From: Candidatus Tayloriibacteriota bacterium
GTDB taxonomy: Bacteria; Patescibacteriota; Minisyncoccia; Phycocordibacterales; PALSA-1337
DNA: 62,122 bases
Assembly: GCA_943354385.1 (NCBI GenBank)
Contig: CALRBR010000004.1
Coordinates: 1-62,122 of the forward strand
Direction: 5' to 3'
Under the pieces are notes generated by a model that saw only the letters and a program-made list of their open reading frames with translations, was not told the DNA's origin and made no database searches. Below, piece after piece: positions 18,461-26,614 of the stretch. The first letter of the stretch is position 1, and each line of letters opens with the position of its first letter. The translations under genes were made by a program, and so were the position numbers.

Positions 18461-20245
18461 TTAAGTCAAAACTGCTTTGATACGTCGTACCCCCGCCGAA
18501 ACCGCTTCTTCTTTTACAATTTTAAATTTCCAGACACCTGAAGGGCCGGCGAGCTCCTTTGTATTTTTTACGTGCGGGCCTCCACAAAATTCTTTTGAGT
18601 AGGCAGTCTCGACAGTGTCTCCAATAAAATAGACGGTGACTTTCTCTCCATACTTATCGCCGAAAAAGTGCAGAGCACCCGCTTTTTCTGCCTCAGCTTT
18701 ATCGAGTTCCACCACCTGCATCGGCAAGCCAGCAGAAATCTTTTCATTTATAATATACTCCGCTTTCTTTTTCTCCTCATCAGTCATTTTTGCACCGTGG
18801 ACAAAATCGAAACGAAGTCGTTCGGGTGTAATGTTGCTTCCCTTTTGCTGTACGTGAGTTCCCAAAACATCTCGAAGTGCCTGATGGAGTAAGTGTGTGG
18901 CAGTATGATACTTTACCGACATCTCATCGGTATCAGCCAGTCCTCCCTTAAATTTCTTTTCCGCTCCCGCACGAGATAGTGCCTGATGTGATTCCATCTT
19001 CGCATCAAAATCAGCCACATCCACTTTTTTACCAAATTCTTTTGCAAGCTCGAGAGTTAGCTCTAGTGGAAATCCATATGATGAGAAAAGAGTAAAAGCA
19101 TCCACACCTTTTTCAAATTCTTTTAGACCGTGCTCGAGTGTCTTTCTAAACTTTTGTTCCTCTGCATCAATCTCTTTTTTAATATGCTCCGCTTTTTCAA
19201 TAAGGTTACCGTAGATAATACCAAACTTTTCAATAACTGATCCTGCGAGCCAAAATAGCGAACCGTGTTTCATCCCAAGCACATCAGCAAAACGCACCGC
19301 TCGTCGGAGAATGCGTCGCAACACATAGCCCTGATCAGTATTACTCGGTAGCACGCCGTCACCTATCAAAAACACAGCCGTCCGAATGTGATCCGCCACA
19401 ATTTTTTTTGCTCGCACATTATCTACGGTTGAAAATTCATTTATCTTTCCGAAAATTATATCGAACAAATCCGTATCAAATACACTTTCCGCCTTTTGAA
19501 GCACCATGCAGAGACGCTCGAGGCCTGCGCCGGTGTCTACATTTTTCTGTGAAAGTTTACCGACGATTTTCCCATCCTTTTTCTCAAACTCCATAAACAC
19601 ATCGTTCCACACTTCCACCACTTGCTGTTTTTCGTCAGCTTTGTTGTATTCGTCTACAGTCATGTCCCCAAGACCTTTTTCGGTCACATCATAAAACATT
19701 TCTGAGCATGGGCCGGTTGGTCCAGTCCAAGAATCTTTTCCGTCCTTTACAGCTGGCCACCAGTTTGAATCTGCGCCTTTAAAATAAATACGGTGTTCCG
19801 GTACACCCACTTTTTTCCAAATCTCAAAAGCTTCAGTATCTTTTCCAGAATTTTTGTCACCCTCGAAAACCGTCACATAGAGTCGCGCAGGATCGAGACC
19901 AAGCCCATCTGTTTTACTCGTGAGGAATTCGTAGCTCCACTTGATCGCATCTTCTTTAAAGTAGCTTCCAAGAGACCAATTCCCCAGCATTTCGAAAAAG
20001 GTACAGTGGGTGTTGTCTCCAATATCATCAATATCTCCGGTACGCACACACTTCTGCGAGTCGGCCAAACGTGTGCCCGCAGGATGTTTGCCACCCATCA
20101 AATACGGCACAAGAGGTTGCATACCTGCCGTATTGAAAAGCACAGTCGGATCATTTTCAGGTACGAGTGGAGCCGAAGGGATAATAGCGTGTCCCCTTTT
20201 TTCAAAAAAATTTAAAAACCGTGAGCGAATTTCGTCTGAACGCAT
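18461..20245 (-). CDS. alaS: alanine--tRNA ligase, form ending immediately after the editing domain
   Basis: MRSDEIRSRFLNFFEKRGHAIIPSAPLVPENDPTVLFNTAGMQP. Editing-domain motifs HTATHLLHQAL and FCGGPHV. I use the ATG at 20243-20245; the track start is 20275. Confidence 0.93.
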   Translation of the reverse strand: MRSDEIRSRFLNFFEKRGHAIIPSAPLVPENDPTVLFNTAGMQPLVPYLMGGKHPAGTRLADSQKCVRTGDIDDIGDNTHCTFFEMLGNWSLGSYFKEDAIKWSYEFLTSKTDGLGLDPARLYVTVFEGDKNSGKDTEAFEIWKKVGVPEHRIYFKGADSNWWPAVKDGKDSWTGPTGPCSEMFYDVTEKGLGDMTVDEYNKADEKQQVVEVWNDVFMEFEKKDGKIVGKLSQKNVDTGAGLERLCMVLQKAESVFDTDLFDIIFGKINEFSTVDNVRAKKIVADHIRTAVFLIGDGVLPSNTDQGYVLRRILRRAVRFADVLGMKHGSLFWLAGSVIEKFGIIYGNLIEKAEHIKKEIDAEEQKFRKTLEHGLKEFEKGVDAFTLFSSYGFPLELTLELAKEFGKKVDVADFDAKMESHQALSRAGAEKKFKGGLADTDEMSVKYHTATHLLHQALRDVLGTHVQQKGSNITPERLRFDFVHGAKMTDEEKKKAEYIINEKISAGLPMQVVELDKAEAEKAGALHFFGDKYGEKVTVYFIGDTVETAYSKEFCGGPHVKNTKELAGPSGVWKFKIVKEEAVSAGVRRIKAVLT

Positions 20246-20297
20246 AGTCCCCACATAGTACCAAAAAAGCCCCATTTTGCACAGTTTTTAGGGGGGC

Positions 20298-20326
20298 TTG
20301 ACAAATATACTATATGGGTGTATAAT
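20298..20326 (+). promoter_or_regulatory. consensus sigma70 promoter with no downstream plus-strand gene
   Basis: TTGACA (20298-20303), 17 nt spacer, TATAAT (20321-20326). Confidence 0.55.
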
Positions 20327-20332
20327 AAGAGT

Positions 20333-20417
20333 AAATTGAACCTTGAAATTCACTTCATCCAACAGCACTAACCCAATCGCCCCGTCCCGCAAGCTTACAA
20401 GCTCGCGGGCGGTTTTT
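20333..20417 (+). ncRNA. candidate small RNA of about 80 nt (promoter plus intrinsic terminator, no ORF)
   Basis: It would start about 7 nt after the TATAAT. It ends in the hairpin cccgcaagc-ttacaa-gctcgcggg (20386-20409) followed by cggTTTTTaTTT. It is convergent with the peptidase gene, whose stop is at 20416-20418. Not a recognisable family. Confidence 0.4.
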
Positions 20418-22446
20418 ATTTATCTTTATCCTTCTGTGTTCTTAGCCACTTCCCATACTTCTCCGCCATCTCCTCAAAACTCTTTTTATTATCGCAAATC
20501 AGTTTCTTGCCGTGCACCATTTGTATTTTGGCATTAAGCGCTACTGGTTTTGTATGTTCAGGCACTTTTTCCATGATGAGCATTTTCCTCTTTGCCTCGA
20601 GAAGCATGTCGGGCAGACTCTTTGTGACCGACTGTATATAAGCATCAGCCGTCAGTGGTTTACCTGTCGCGATTTTTACAAACTCCTTAAATGTTTTAGA
20701 CGAGCCGAGTTTCCACACCTTGGTCATTTCCTTGCCCACTTCCTTATTATCCACAATGTATCCGTATTTATCATAAAAGTACTCTCGCCACTGTGCGAGT
20801 GATAGCTCTGCCAAACAGTAGCCGTGATACGCTGCCGAGCTGTCTGAAGAATAGATGTGTGGGATACTAAGCACATACACCGATTCCTCTGACCTATCAA
20901 AATATTTTGCAAACATCCTCTTAGCGATTTCTAAAACCATTTCTTCAGTCAAATCCACCGTCTCATATATTTCTCTTTCATAATCTGACACAAAAATAAT
21001 CCCCATCAAGTCGGTGGCGATCAGTGGATGAATCTTTCTCACTTTTCGTTGATAAAGCTCAAATGGATATGTCTCCCCTTTTTCATTTTTGGCATAGCGG
21101 GTTTTCCATTCAATACTGCTGGAAACAGTGTCTAGGAACATACTGTGCGTCTCTGCCCATGCAGTAGAGCACGGTGGATACTCAGTATTGAGACAGCTCT
21201 CAGACTGTGTACTGTTGAGTCTATCCGCTGCGTGACCACCCTCATGAAAAAGAGTATTGAGACCCTGTGCACCAGAACCCACCTGCCCAAAGACTACGTT
21301 GCAAGTAAAGTTTGAGCTACCGGGAATGGGTCTGCCTTTTTTATACTGCACCACATCTGGCCAATGACAAAAACCATTATTCCATTTACCTTTACGGTCC
21401 AAAAGGTCGAGGGTGAGCGTGCCTTTACGATAATCAATACCTAGTGCTGAAAATGATCTGCCCCAAGCAAGTAGTGCATCGTCAAATTGAAAGTATGGAT
21501 CTTCCTCCTTTACAAAATCTCCAGACATAATGTAACCAAAGTTCCACGGCTTTCGTAGGCCAGGCATTTTGTCCTCAAGTTTCCGAATATCATTAAAAGC
21601 GTATCTTGTCTTTTCATAGATATCAGCAAAGAGTGTGAACAACTCGGCCTTAGTCATACCCTCATCATTACTTATTTTGTAAGCATAAAAATCCTCAAAA
21701 CCGAGACCTCGGGCATACTTATTGCGCAGACCGATCAGTGTCACATAGTCAGCAAGAGCGCTTACGGCAAGCTTTTCTTTTGCTTCAAAACAAGCCTTAC
21801 GTATAGCTTCATTTGAATCTGTACGCATCAATGTCCTCATTTTGACAGACGACGCCTCGACAAAGTTTCCGGTCTTTGGATCTGTGTATCCCTCTTTTTG
21901 TGTAGCATGAAGTGTGCGGATTTTCGACTCGAGCTCAGCGATGGTGTTTTTGAGTGTCAGAAGTGCCGGCGGTGTTTGAAATTTCTCAAAAAAAAGTTTC
22001 CACGAAGCAAGCTTGTTTTTGTTTGCACCTTTTGCATTTTTGTATACCTCACAAACGTTTGTATATAGATTTGCATCAGCACGAAAGGCATCTCTCTTTG
22101 CGAGTGCCTCATTCATAGACTTTGTCACAGTACGATCACCCATATAGGATAGCCAAAAGTAGTCCTCATAAATTTTATGTAGTTTGACGTATTGTTTATT
22201 AAGAAAAACCAGAAGCTTTGGTATGGAAACCGTTTTTTTAACTACCACTTTTAAAACTTTTCTTATTGTTTTTTTTGTAACTTTCTTTTGCTTTTCTTTT
22301 TTTACAACTTTTTTTATTCCTTTAGGTTGGCTGGCAATTTTCTTACTTTTTAGTTTTATTACTTTCTTTTTTACAATCTTTTTCATAGATACCATCCTAG
22401 CATACCTCTGGCGCATAATACCACTAGAAAACCTTACGTAAATCAA
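20416..22446 (-). CDS. M3-family (oligoendopeptidase F-like) zinc metallopeptidase with a Lys-rich N-terminal extension
   Basis: HExxH in LFHEGGHAADRL. The N-terminal 60-70 aa are KKIVKKKVIKLKSKKIASQPKGIKKVVKKEKQKKVTKK... The track start is a TTG; ATG alternatives end at 22416, 22395 and 22386. Confidence 0.75.
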   Translation of the reverse strand: MIYVRFSSGIMRQRYARMVSMKKIVKKKVIKLKSKKIASQPKGIKKVVKKEKQKKVTKKTIRKVLKVVVKKTVSIPKLLVFLNKQYVKLHKIYEDYFWLSYMGDRTVTKSMNEALAKRDAFRADANLYTNVCEVYKNAKGANKNKLASWKLFFEKFQTPPALLTLKNTIAELESKIRTLHATQKEGYTDPKTGNFVEASSVKMRTLMRTDSNEAIRKACFEAKEKLAVSALADYVTLIGLRNKYARGLGFEDFYAYKISNDEGMTKAELFTLFADIYEKTRYAFNDIRKLEDKMPGLRKPWNFGYIMSGDFVKEEDPYFQFDDALLAWGRSFSALGIDYRKGTLTLDLLDRKGKWNNGFCHWPDVVQYKKGRPIPGSSNFTCNVVFGQVGSGAQGLNTLFHEGGHAADRLNSTQSESCLNTEYPPCSTAWAETHSMFLDTVSSSIEWKTRYAKNEKGETYPFELYQRKVRKIHPLIATDLMGIIFVSDYEREIYETVDLTEEMVLEIAKRMFAKYFDRSEESVYVLSIPHIYSSDSSAAYHGYCLAELSLAQWREYFYDKYGYIVDNKEVGKEMTKVWKLGSSKTFKEFVKIATGKPLTADAYIQSVTKSLPDMLLEAKRKMLIMEKVPEHTKPVALNAKIQMVHGKKLICDNKKSFEEMAEKYGKWLRTQKDKDK

Positions 22447-22455
22447 TTATACTAT

Positions 22456-23031
22456 ATGGCAATGTTTAAAAAATTGTTCGTTGGCCTGTTGATAGAGTTT
22501 GGACCGATTGTGGGGTTTTTTCTCATAGCACCAAAGATGGGTTTTATGCTGTCTACCGGACTTTTTGTGGCACTTACGGCTATTTCCCTAGGCTATGCTT
22601 TTGTAAAGGAAAAACGAGTTGCATACTTCCCGCTCATAGCTGGACTCTCTGTCATCCTATCGGGCGTCGCTACATTAACCTTCGACGAACCACTTTTTTT
22701 GATAGTGAAAGACACTATTTATAATGGTGCTTTTGCCATAGTACTCATCGCCGGACTACTAAAGGGTAAAGGACTTTTAAAACCCCTTTTCAAATCGCTT
22801 TTTGCCATGAATGATACTGGCTGGAAAATACTTTCTCTGCGCTGGGCGATTCTTTTTATTTTACTTGCAGTGGGTAACGAAATTGTCTGGAGAAATTATG
22901 ACGAAATCACCTGGGTAGCATACAAGGGGTACTCAACATTTGTAACTATCATTTTTGCCGTTTATCAATTTCGTCTTTCAAAAAAATACCGTCTGTCAGA
23001 GTCTAATGTATGGGGTATGAGACAAGAGTGA
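22456..23031 (+). CDS. YciB/IspZ-like inner-membrane protein
   Basis: 191 aa with about five TM helices. The N-terminus FKKLFVGLLIEFGPIVGFFL resembles septation protein A family proteins. Confidence 0.5.
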   Translation: MAMFKKLFVGLLIEFGPIVGFFLIAPKMGFMLSTGLFVALTAISLGYAFVKEKRVAYFPLIAGLSVILSGVATLTFDEPLFLIVKDTIYNGAFAIVLIAGLLKGKGLLKPLFKSLFAMNDTGWKILSLRWAILFILLAVGNEIVWRNYDEITWVAYKGYSTFVTIIFAVYQFRLSKKYRLSESNVWGMRQE

Positions 23032-23032
23032 T

Positions 23033-23422
23033 CTACCCCTTCACCTCTATCTCAAACGGATACATACCCATACTACAGGTGCCGTCAATTATTCCCTTAG
23101 AAAGGGTACCGAGATCAATATCTGTCACACCGGACGGTGTTAAATTTTGACTAATATCCATACTTGGAATCCTCACAGATGATGAACAATCAAACGTCCC
23201 CTTTGTATTTATTCTTAAAACCGTCGGTATCCCCGCGCTGACAATACTTTTGCGTGGTAAATATCCACCTTTTGCGGTAATCTCAATGATTTGTTTACCA
23301 TCCACTACGGTAACATTATTTATAGAAACCTCAGTGCCTTTTTCCTGATTGCCACCTGTCATAACAATAACTCCCCCAATAAGTGCTCCTGCAACAATAA
23401 TAGATAGAATAGTTTCTTTCAT
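23033..23422 (-). CDS. membrane-anchored cupredoxin-like domain protein
   Basis: 129 aa with an N-terminal TM. Cys/Met ligand-like pattern ...FDCSSSVRIP...GTCSMGMYPFEI. It is the last gene of the metal island. Confidence 0.5.
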   Translation of the reverse strand: MKETILSIIVAGALIGGVIVMTGGNQEKGTEVSINNVTVVDGKQIIEITAKGGYLPRKSIVSAGIPTVLRINTKGTFDCSSSVRIPSMDISQNLTPSGVTDIDLGTLSKGIIDGTCSMGMYPFEIEVKG

Positions 23423-23437
23423 TAGAATTTAATTCTA

Positions 23438-24481
23438 TCAAAAATTAAATAATGGCGAAATGACTCCAACCACCACCAGAATATTTATCAGATTAAACAA
23501 AGCAAACATGATCACCACAAGCCCTGCGGTTTTGAAAAATATTCCTGATTTTGAATTATTTTTAATACTCAATGAACTAAAACTTATGAGTGCAAGAACT
23601 GGTAATGTACCCAGTGCAAAAGAAAGCATCGTGAGACCGCCAGTCAAGAAACTTCCTGTCGAAAGCGTGTAGAGTTGCATTGATTGAGTAAAACCGCAGG
23701 GCAAAAAGAATGTTGCTACTCCAACAAGTAGTGGTGTGAATGTATGATTGAACCTCGATACTCCGTGAGCGTGTTTGGCAATAAACTTTGGCATTGATGG
23801 CTGAAGTTTTTTTGCCCAGTGAAAAACATCAAGGAGATTGATACCGAGGATTAGCATTACTATGCCGATTATTAGACTGAGAATAAAGGTGGCAGAGGTG
23901 TTAAGGGTAAAAGCTGTTCCTAGTGCACCAATCACACCGCCAAGGAAAAAAAACGAAACTATTCGTCCTCCATGGAACATTAGTTGTGGTCGAATCTTGT
24001 CCCCCTCCTTTGCAAATGTCGCCGACATCGATAAAACCAATCCCCCAACAACCGCCATACAAGTAGAGAGTGAAGCGATAATGCCTATTACGAAAGCTGT
24101 ACCATAAGTCACACTGCCCCCACCCACAAGATTCACTATTCCCATTTTTTGAAGGGCGATAAAAAGAACGGCAAATCCAAGCGCTACTGGAACTGCGATT
24201 TTGAAATCTCCCCATTTCGCATTATGTTGTTGCCTCTCAATAGAAATCGTGTAGCCGTGCGGTTTGAGTGGTATTGTGAGTTCTTCTGCAATTTGCTCTG
24301 GTGTTTTATCGCCAAAATCTCCGGTAACTTCTACAGAATGCTTTTTAAGACTTGCTTTCGCATAGGTGACATTTGGCAACTCCGCGAGCTCGCTCTCGGT
24401 CATCAGCACACACGCATTGCAATGCATACCGTGTATGTGGAAGGTGTATTTATGCGCCTGTTTAATTTCTTGAGTTGTCAT
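23438..24481 (-). CDS. HMA-domain / DsbD_2 (CcdA/TauE-like) membrane fusion protein
   Basis: N-terminal heavy-metal-associated motif GMHCNACV, then six or more TM helices containing FLPCGFTQS. I prefer the ATG at 24479-24481; the track start 24490 is a TTG. Confidence 0.7.
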   Translation of the reverse strand: MTTQEIKQAHKYTFHIHGMHCNACVLMTESELAELPNVTYAKASLKKHSVEVTGDFGDKTPEQIAEELTIPLKPHGYTISIERQQHNAKWGDFKIAVPVALGFAVLFIALQKMGIVNLVGGGSVTYGTAFVIGIIASLSTCMAVVGGLVLSMSATFAKEGDKIRPQLMFHGGRIVSFFFLGGVIGALGTAFTLNTSATFILSLIIGIVMLILGINLLDVFHWAKKLQPSMPKFIAKHAHGVSRFNHTFTPLLVGVATFFLPCGFTQSMQLYTLSTGSFLTGGLTMLSFALGTLPVLALISFSSLSIKNNSKSGIFFKTAGLVVIMFALFNLINILVVVGVISPLFNF

Positions 24482-24501
24482 CGCTAACAATTATTAAGTA
24501 T

Positions 24502-25101
24502 CTACTTGTACCACTGTGTATACCAGACCTGCATCTGCTGTATTTCCTTTGATTGCGATGTTGTAATGTTCTTTGTAAGCTGTAGCATTTCTGGTCTGTT
24601 AGTTCCTGCTTCTAGCATTTGTACCATCATGAGAGCCAACTGATGATGTGGAATCATCGACTCGAGAAATGCTTTGTCAAAATCCTTTGCATTTTCGAGC
24701 GCTGTCATATCTTCCTGCCCACCCATATGCACTCCTCCTTGTGACATCATACCTCCACCCATCATTCCTGCACCTACCTTTGGAGCAACCTGCCCGAACC
24801 AGGTCTTATACCAAACTTTCATATCTGTTATTTCCTTATTTTGATCTGCAATAATAGCGATCGCGAGAGTTTTAATCTCTTGACGCTTTGATTTTTCGAG
24901 AGCGAGCTTTGCCATCGCAACAGCTCCTTCGTGATGAGGAATCATCTGTTCAATGAAGTGTCTGTCTAGACCCACCACCATCTGGTTACTTCCCATCATT
25001 CCACTATTGTGATATCCAGAAAACATACTTGTCCCAAACACACTTGCCACTAATAGACCGACGACAACTCCTCCGATTCCAAATGTAATTTTATTATTCA
25101 T
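24502..25101 (-). CDS. DUF305-family protein with a Met/Gly-rich insert
   Basis: Two DUF305-type repeats (FIEQMIPHHEGAVAMAKLAL and FLESMIPHHQLALMMVQM) around GAGMMGGGMMSQGGVHMGGQ. Confidence 0.75.
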   Translation of the reverse strand: MNNKITFGIGGVVVGLLVASVFGTSMFSGYHNSGMMGSNQMVVGLDRHFIEQMIPHHEGAVAMAKLALEKSKRQEIKTLAIAIIADQNKEITDMKVWYKTWFGQVAPKVGAGMMGGGMMSQGGVHMGGQEDMTALENAKDFDKAFLESMIPHHQLALMMVQMLEAGTNRPEMLQLTKNITTSQSKEIQQMQVWYTQWYK

Positions 25102-25206
25102 ATAGTTAAATTTTATTGATTAAATAATTTCTCCACTCTTTTCAAACATCATGTGGTGAATTGTTGCAATCTGAACCTAAATGGCAATAAGAATAAGAAT
25201 ACCAGC

Positions 25207-25341
25207 TCAGAGCAACGCGTCAACTTTTGTAATCCCGAATACAAGATTATCGTCACCGCCTAAAATCGCAGATGCAAATGTAATTACTCCGGCTGACCCC
25301 GCTATAATACTCACAACATGAAAAATTTTTGATAACTTCAT
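25207..25341 (-). CDS. small hypothetical membrane protein (44 aa)
   Basis: MKLSKIFHVVSIIAGSAGVITFASAILGGDDNLVFGITKVDALL. ATG at 25339-25341, TGA at 25207-25209. Below the ORF-track cutoff. Confidence 0.25.
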   Translation of the reverse strand: MKLSKIFHVVSIIAGSAGVITFASAILGGDDNLVFGITKVDALL

Positions 25342-25346
25342 ATAAG

Positions 25347-25730
25347 TTATTTGGCGTTATTAATAATACCTTGAATTAGCTGGTCGATTTCTTTCGGCCG
25401 TTCGCCTAAATCGGATTTCGGAAAAAAGTGGGACAAAACAATTGGTCGCATACCAGAAATGATCGTCTGCCCGTCTTTAGTATAAACATTTATTTTACAC
25501 GGCAAAAACAATCCGATCTTGATATCCTTGTTCAAAAATTCATCGGCAAATTTTGCGTTGCAAAATTCGATAATCTTGAATGGGTCGCGTGCAAACCCTT
25601 TTTCAACTAAAGATTTCTGCACATCATGTACATACAGCACTCGCATACCAACTTTGGTTATTTCTTCTTGCACCTCTGAAACTGCTTCGTCGAAAGTTTT
25701 TTCAGTGGTTTTTGTGTAATCTAATTCCAT
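25347..25730 (-). CDS. DUF302 domain protein
   Basis: 127 aa. ...TFDEAVSEVQEEITKVGMRVLYVHDVQKSL...FKIIEFCNAKFA is typical of DUF302. Confidence 0.65.
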   Translation of the reverse strand: MELDYTKTTEKTFDEAVSEVQEEITKVGMRVLYVHDVQKSLVEKGFARDPFKIIEFCNAKFADEFLNKDIKIGLFLPCKINVYTKDGQTIISGMRPIVLSHFFPKSDLGERPKEIDQLIQGIINNAK

Positions 25731-25756
25731 ATATGTTTTGGTTATTGTTTTAACAA

Positions 25757-26287
25757 CTACTCGTACCTGAGCTCGATTTTATCTTTATCTTTCATAAGAT
25801 AATTTTCATACTCTTTGTTTTCCTTCCCATTGACTGTCATTTTCATATTCGCCCCAAACGACCGCATGTCCTTGCCCCAATTCTTGAAAAACTGGCCGAG
25901 TATTGTATCTTGTTTACGAGTGAGCCCTTGAAATTCCATGTGAACAATACCCTGATCAATATCATCGTGAGTATGAATTGGTTTATGCACTGCGTTAAGA
26001 CCTATATTTTCCGGAATCTCTAACTTTTCTCCTTTGACATAAATAGAAAGCTCGGGGTGCCAATGAAGGCCCGACCGCGAAACAATTTCTGAGTCCGGAG
26101 TCTTGGGTTGTGATGATATAAGCCAGATGAAACCTCCGATAATTGCAACGCATAATGTGCCCCACAAGGCAATCTTGATGATTTTCCATGTCTGACGGTT
26201 TTGAATTGTTGTTTCTTTAGACTCGAGCTTTTTTTGTTGATTGATAGCTTTCTGTTCTTTATATGTTAGTGGTATTTGTGGTTCCAT
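25757..26287 (-). CDS. membrane-anchored His-rich protein, unknown function
   Basis: 176 aa with one TM. Contains GLHWHPELSIYVKGEKLEIPENIGL...HKPIHTHDDIDQGIVHMEF. Confidence 0.6.
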   Translation of the reverse strand: MEPQIPLTYKEQKAINQQKKLESKETTIQNRQTWKIIKIALWGTLCVAIIGGFIWLISSQPKTPDSEIVSRSGLHWHPELSIYVKGEKLEIPENIGLNAVHKPIHTHDDIDQGIVHMEFQGLTRKQDTILGQFFKNWGKDMRSFGANMKMTVNGKENKEYENYLMKDKDKIELRYE

Positions 26288-26296
26288 TTTTTTATT

Positions 26297-26580
26297 TTAA
26301 TTAATAATTTTACAAACAGCTGGATTTTGAATTTGCTTTGCTGTCAGATAAAGCGAGACAACAAGCAAGATCCCACCGAGGGTGCCGAATTCGCCTCCAG
26401 CAAAAGGTAAAAATGATAGTATCCATGCCGCGCCAAAAATGAAAGAATACTTGTCAAAAGAAGTGATCCACATGCGGCGCAACCCATACCAATGACACCG
26501 CTTATTATACCAAAAAATCCTGTAGCAATTCCACTTCGTTATATTTCGGCAACTTTTCTGCGTAAGAAGTAAATAATCAA
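26297..26580 (-). pseudogene. decayed small CxxC membrane-protein gene (in-frame stop plus frameshift)
   Basis: One frame reads LIIYFLRRKVAEI-TAA-RSGIATGFFGIISGVIGMGCAACGSLLLTSILSF. The hydrophobic continuation GAAWILSFLPFAGGEFGTLGGILLVVSLYL... is in the track ORF frame (26297..26482). The frames switch in a T5 run near 26440-26450. Confidence 0.35.
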
Positions 26581-26614
26581 GGCCGAATATAATTTTAATT
26601 TTTTGTAATCATAT

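Noticed and set aside
20246-20415. T-box leader for alaS
   Set aside because: The spacer is too short (about 170 nt) and lacks the conserved T-box sequence and the specifier/antiterminator arrangement.
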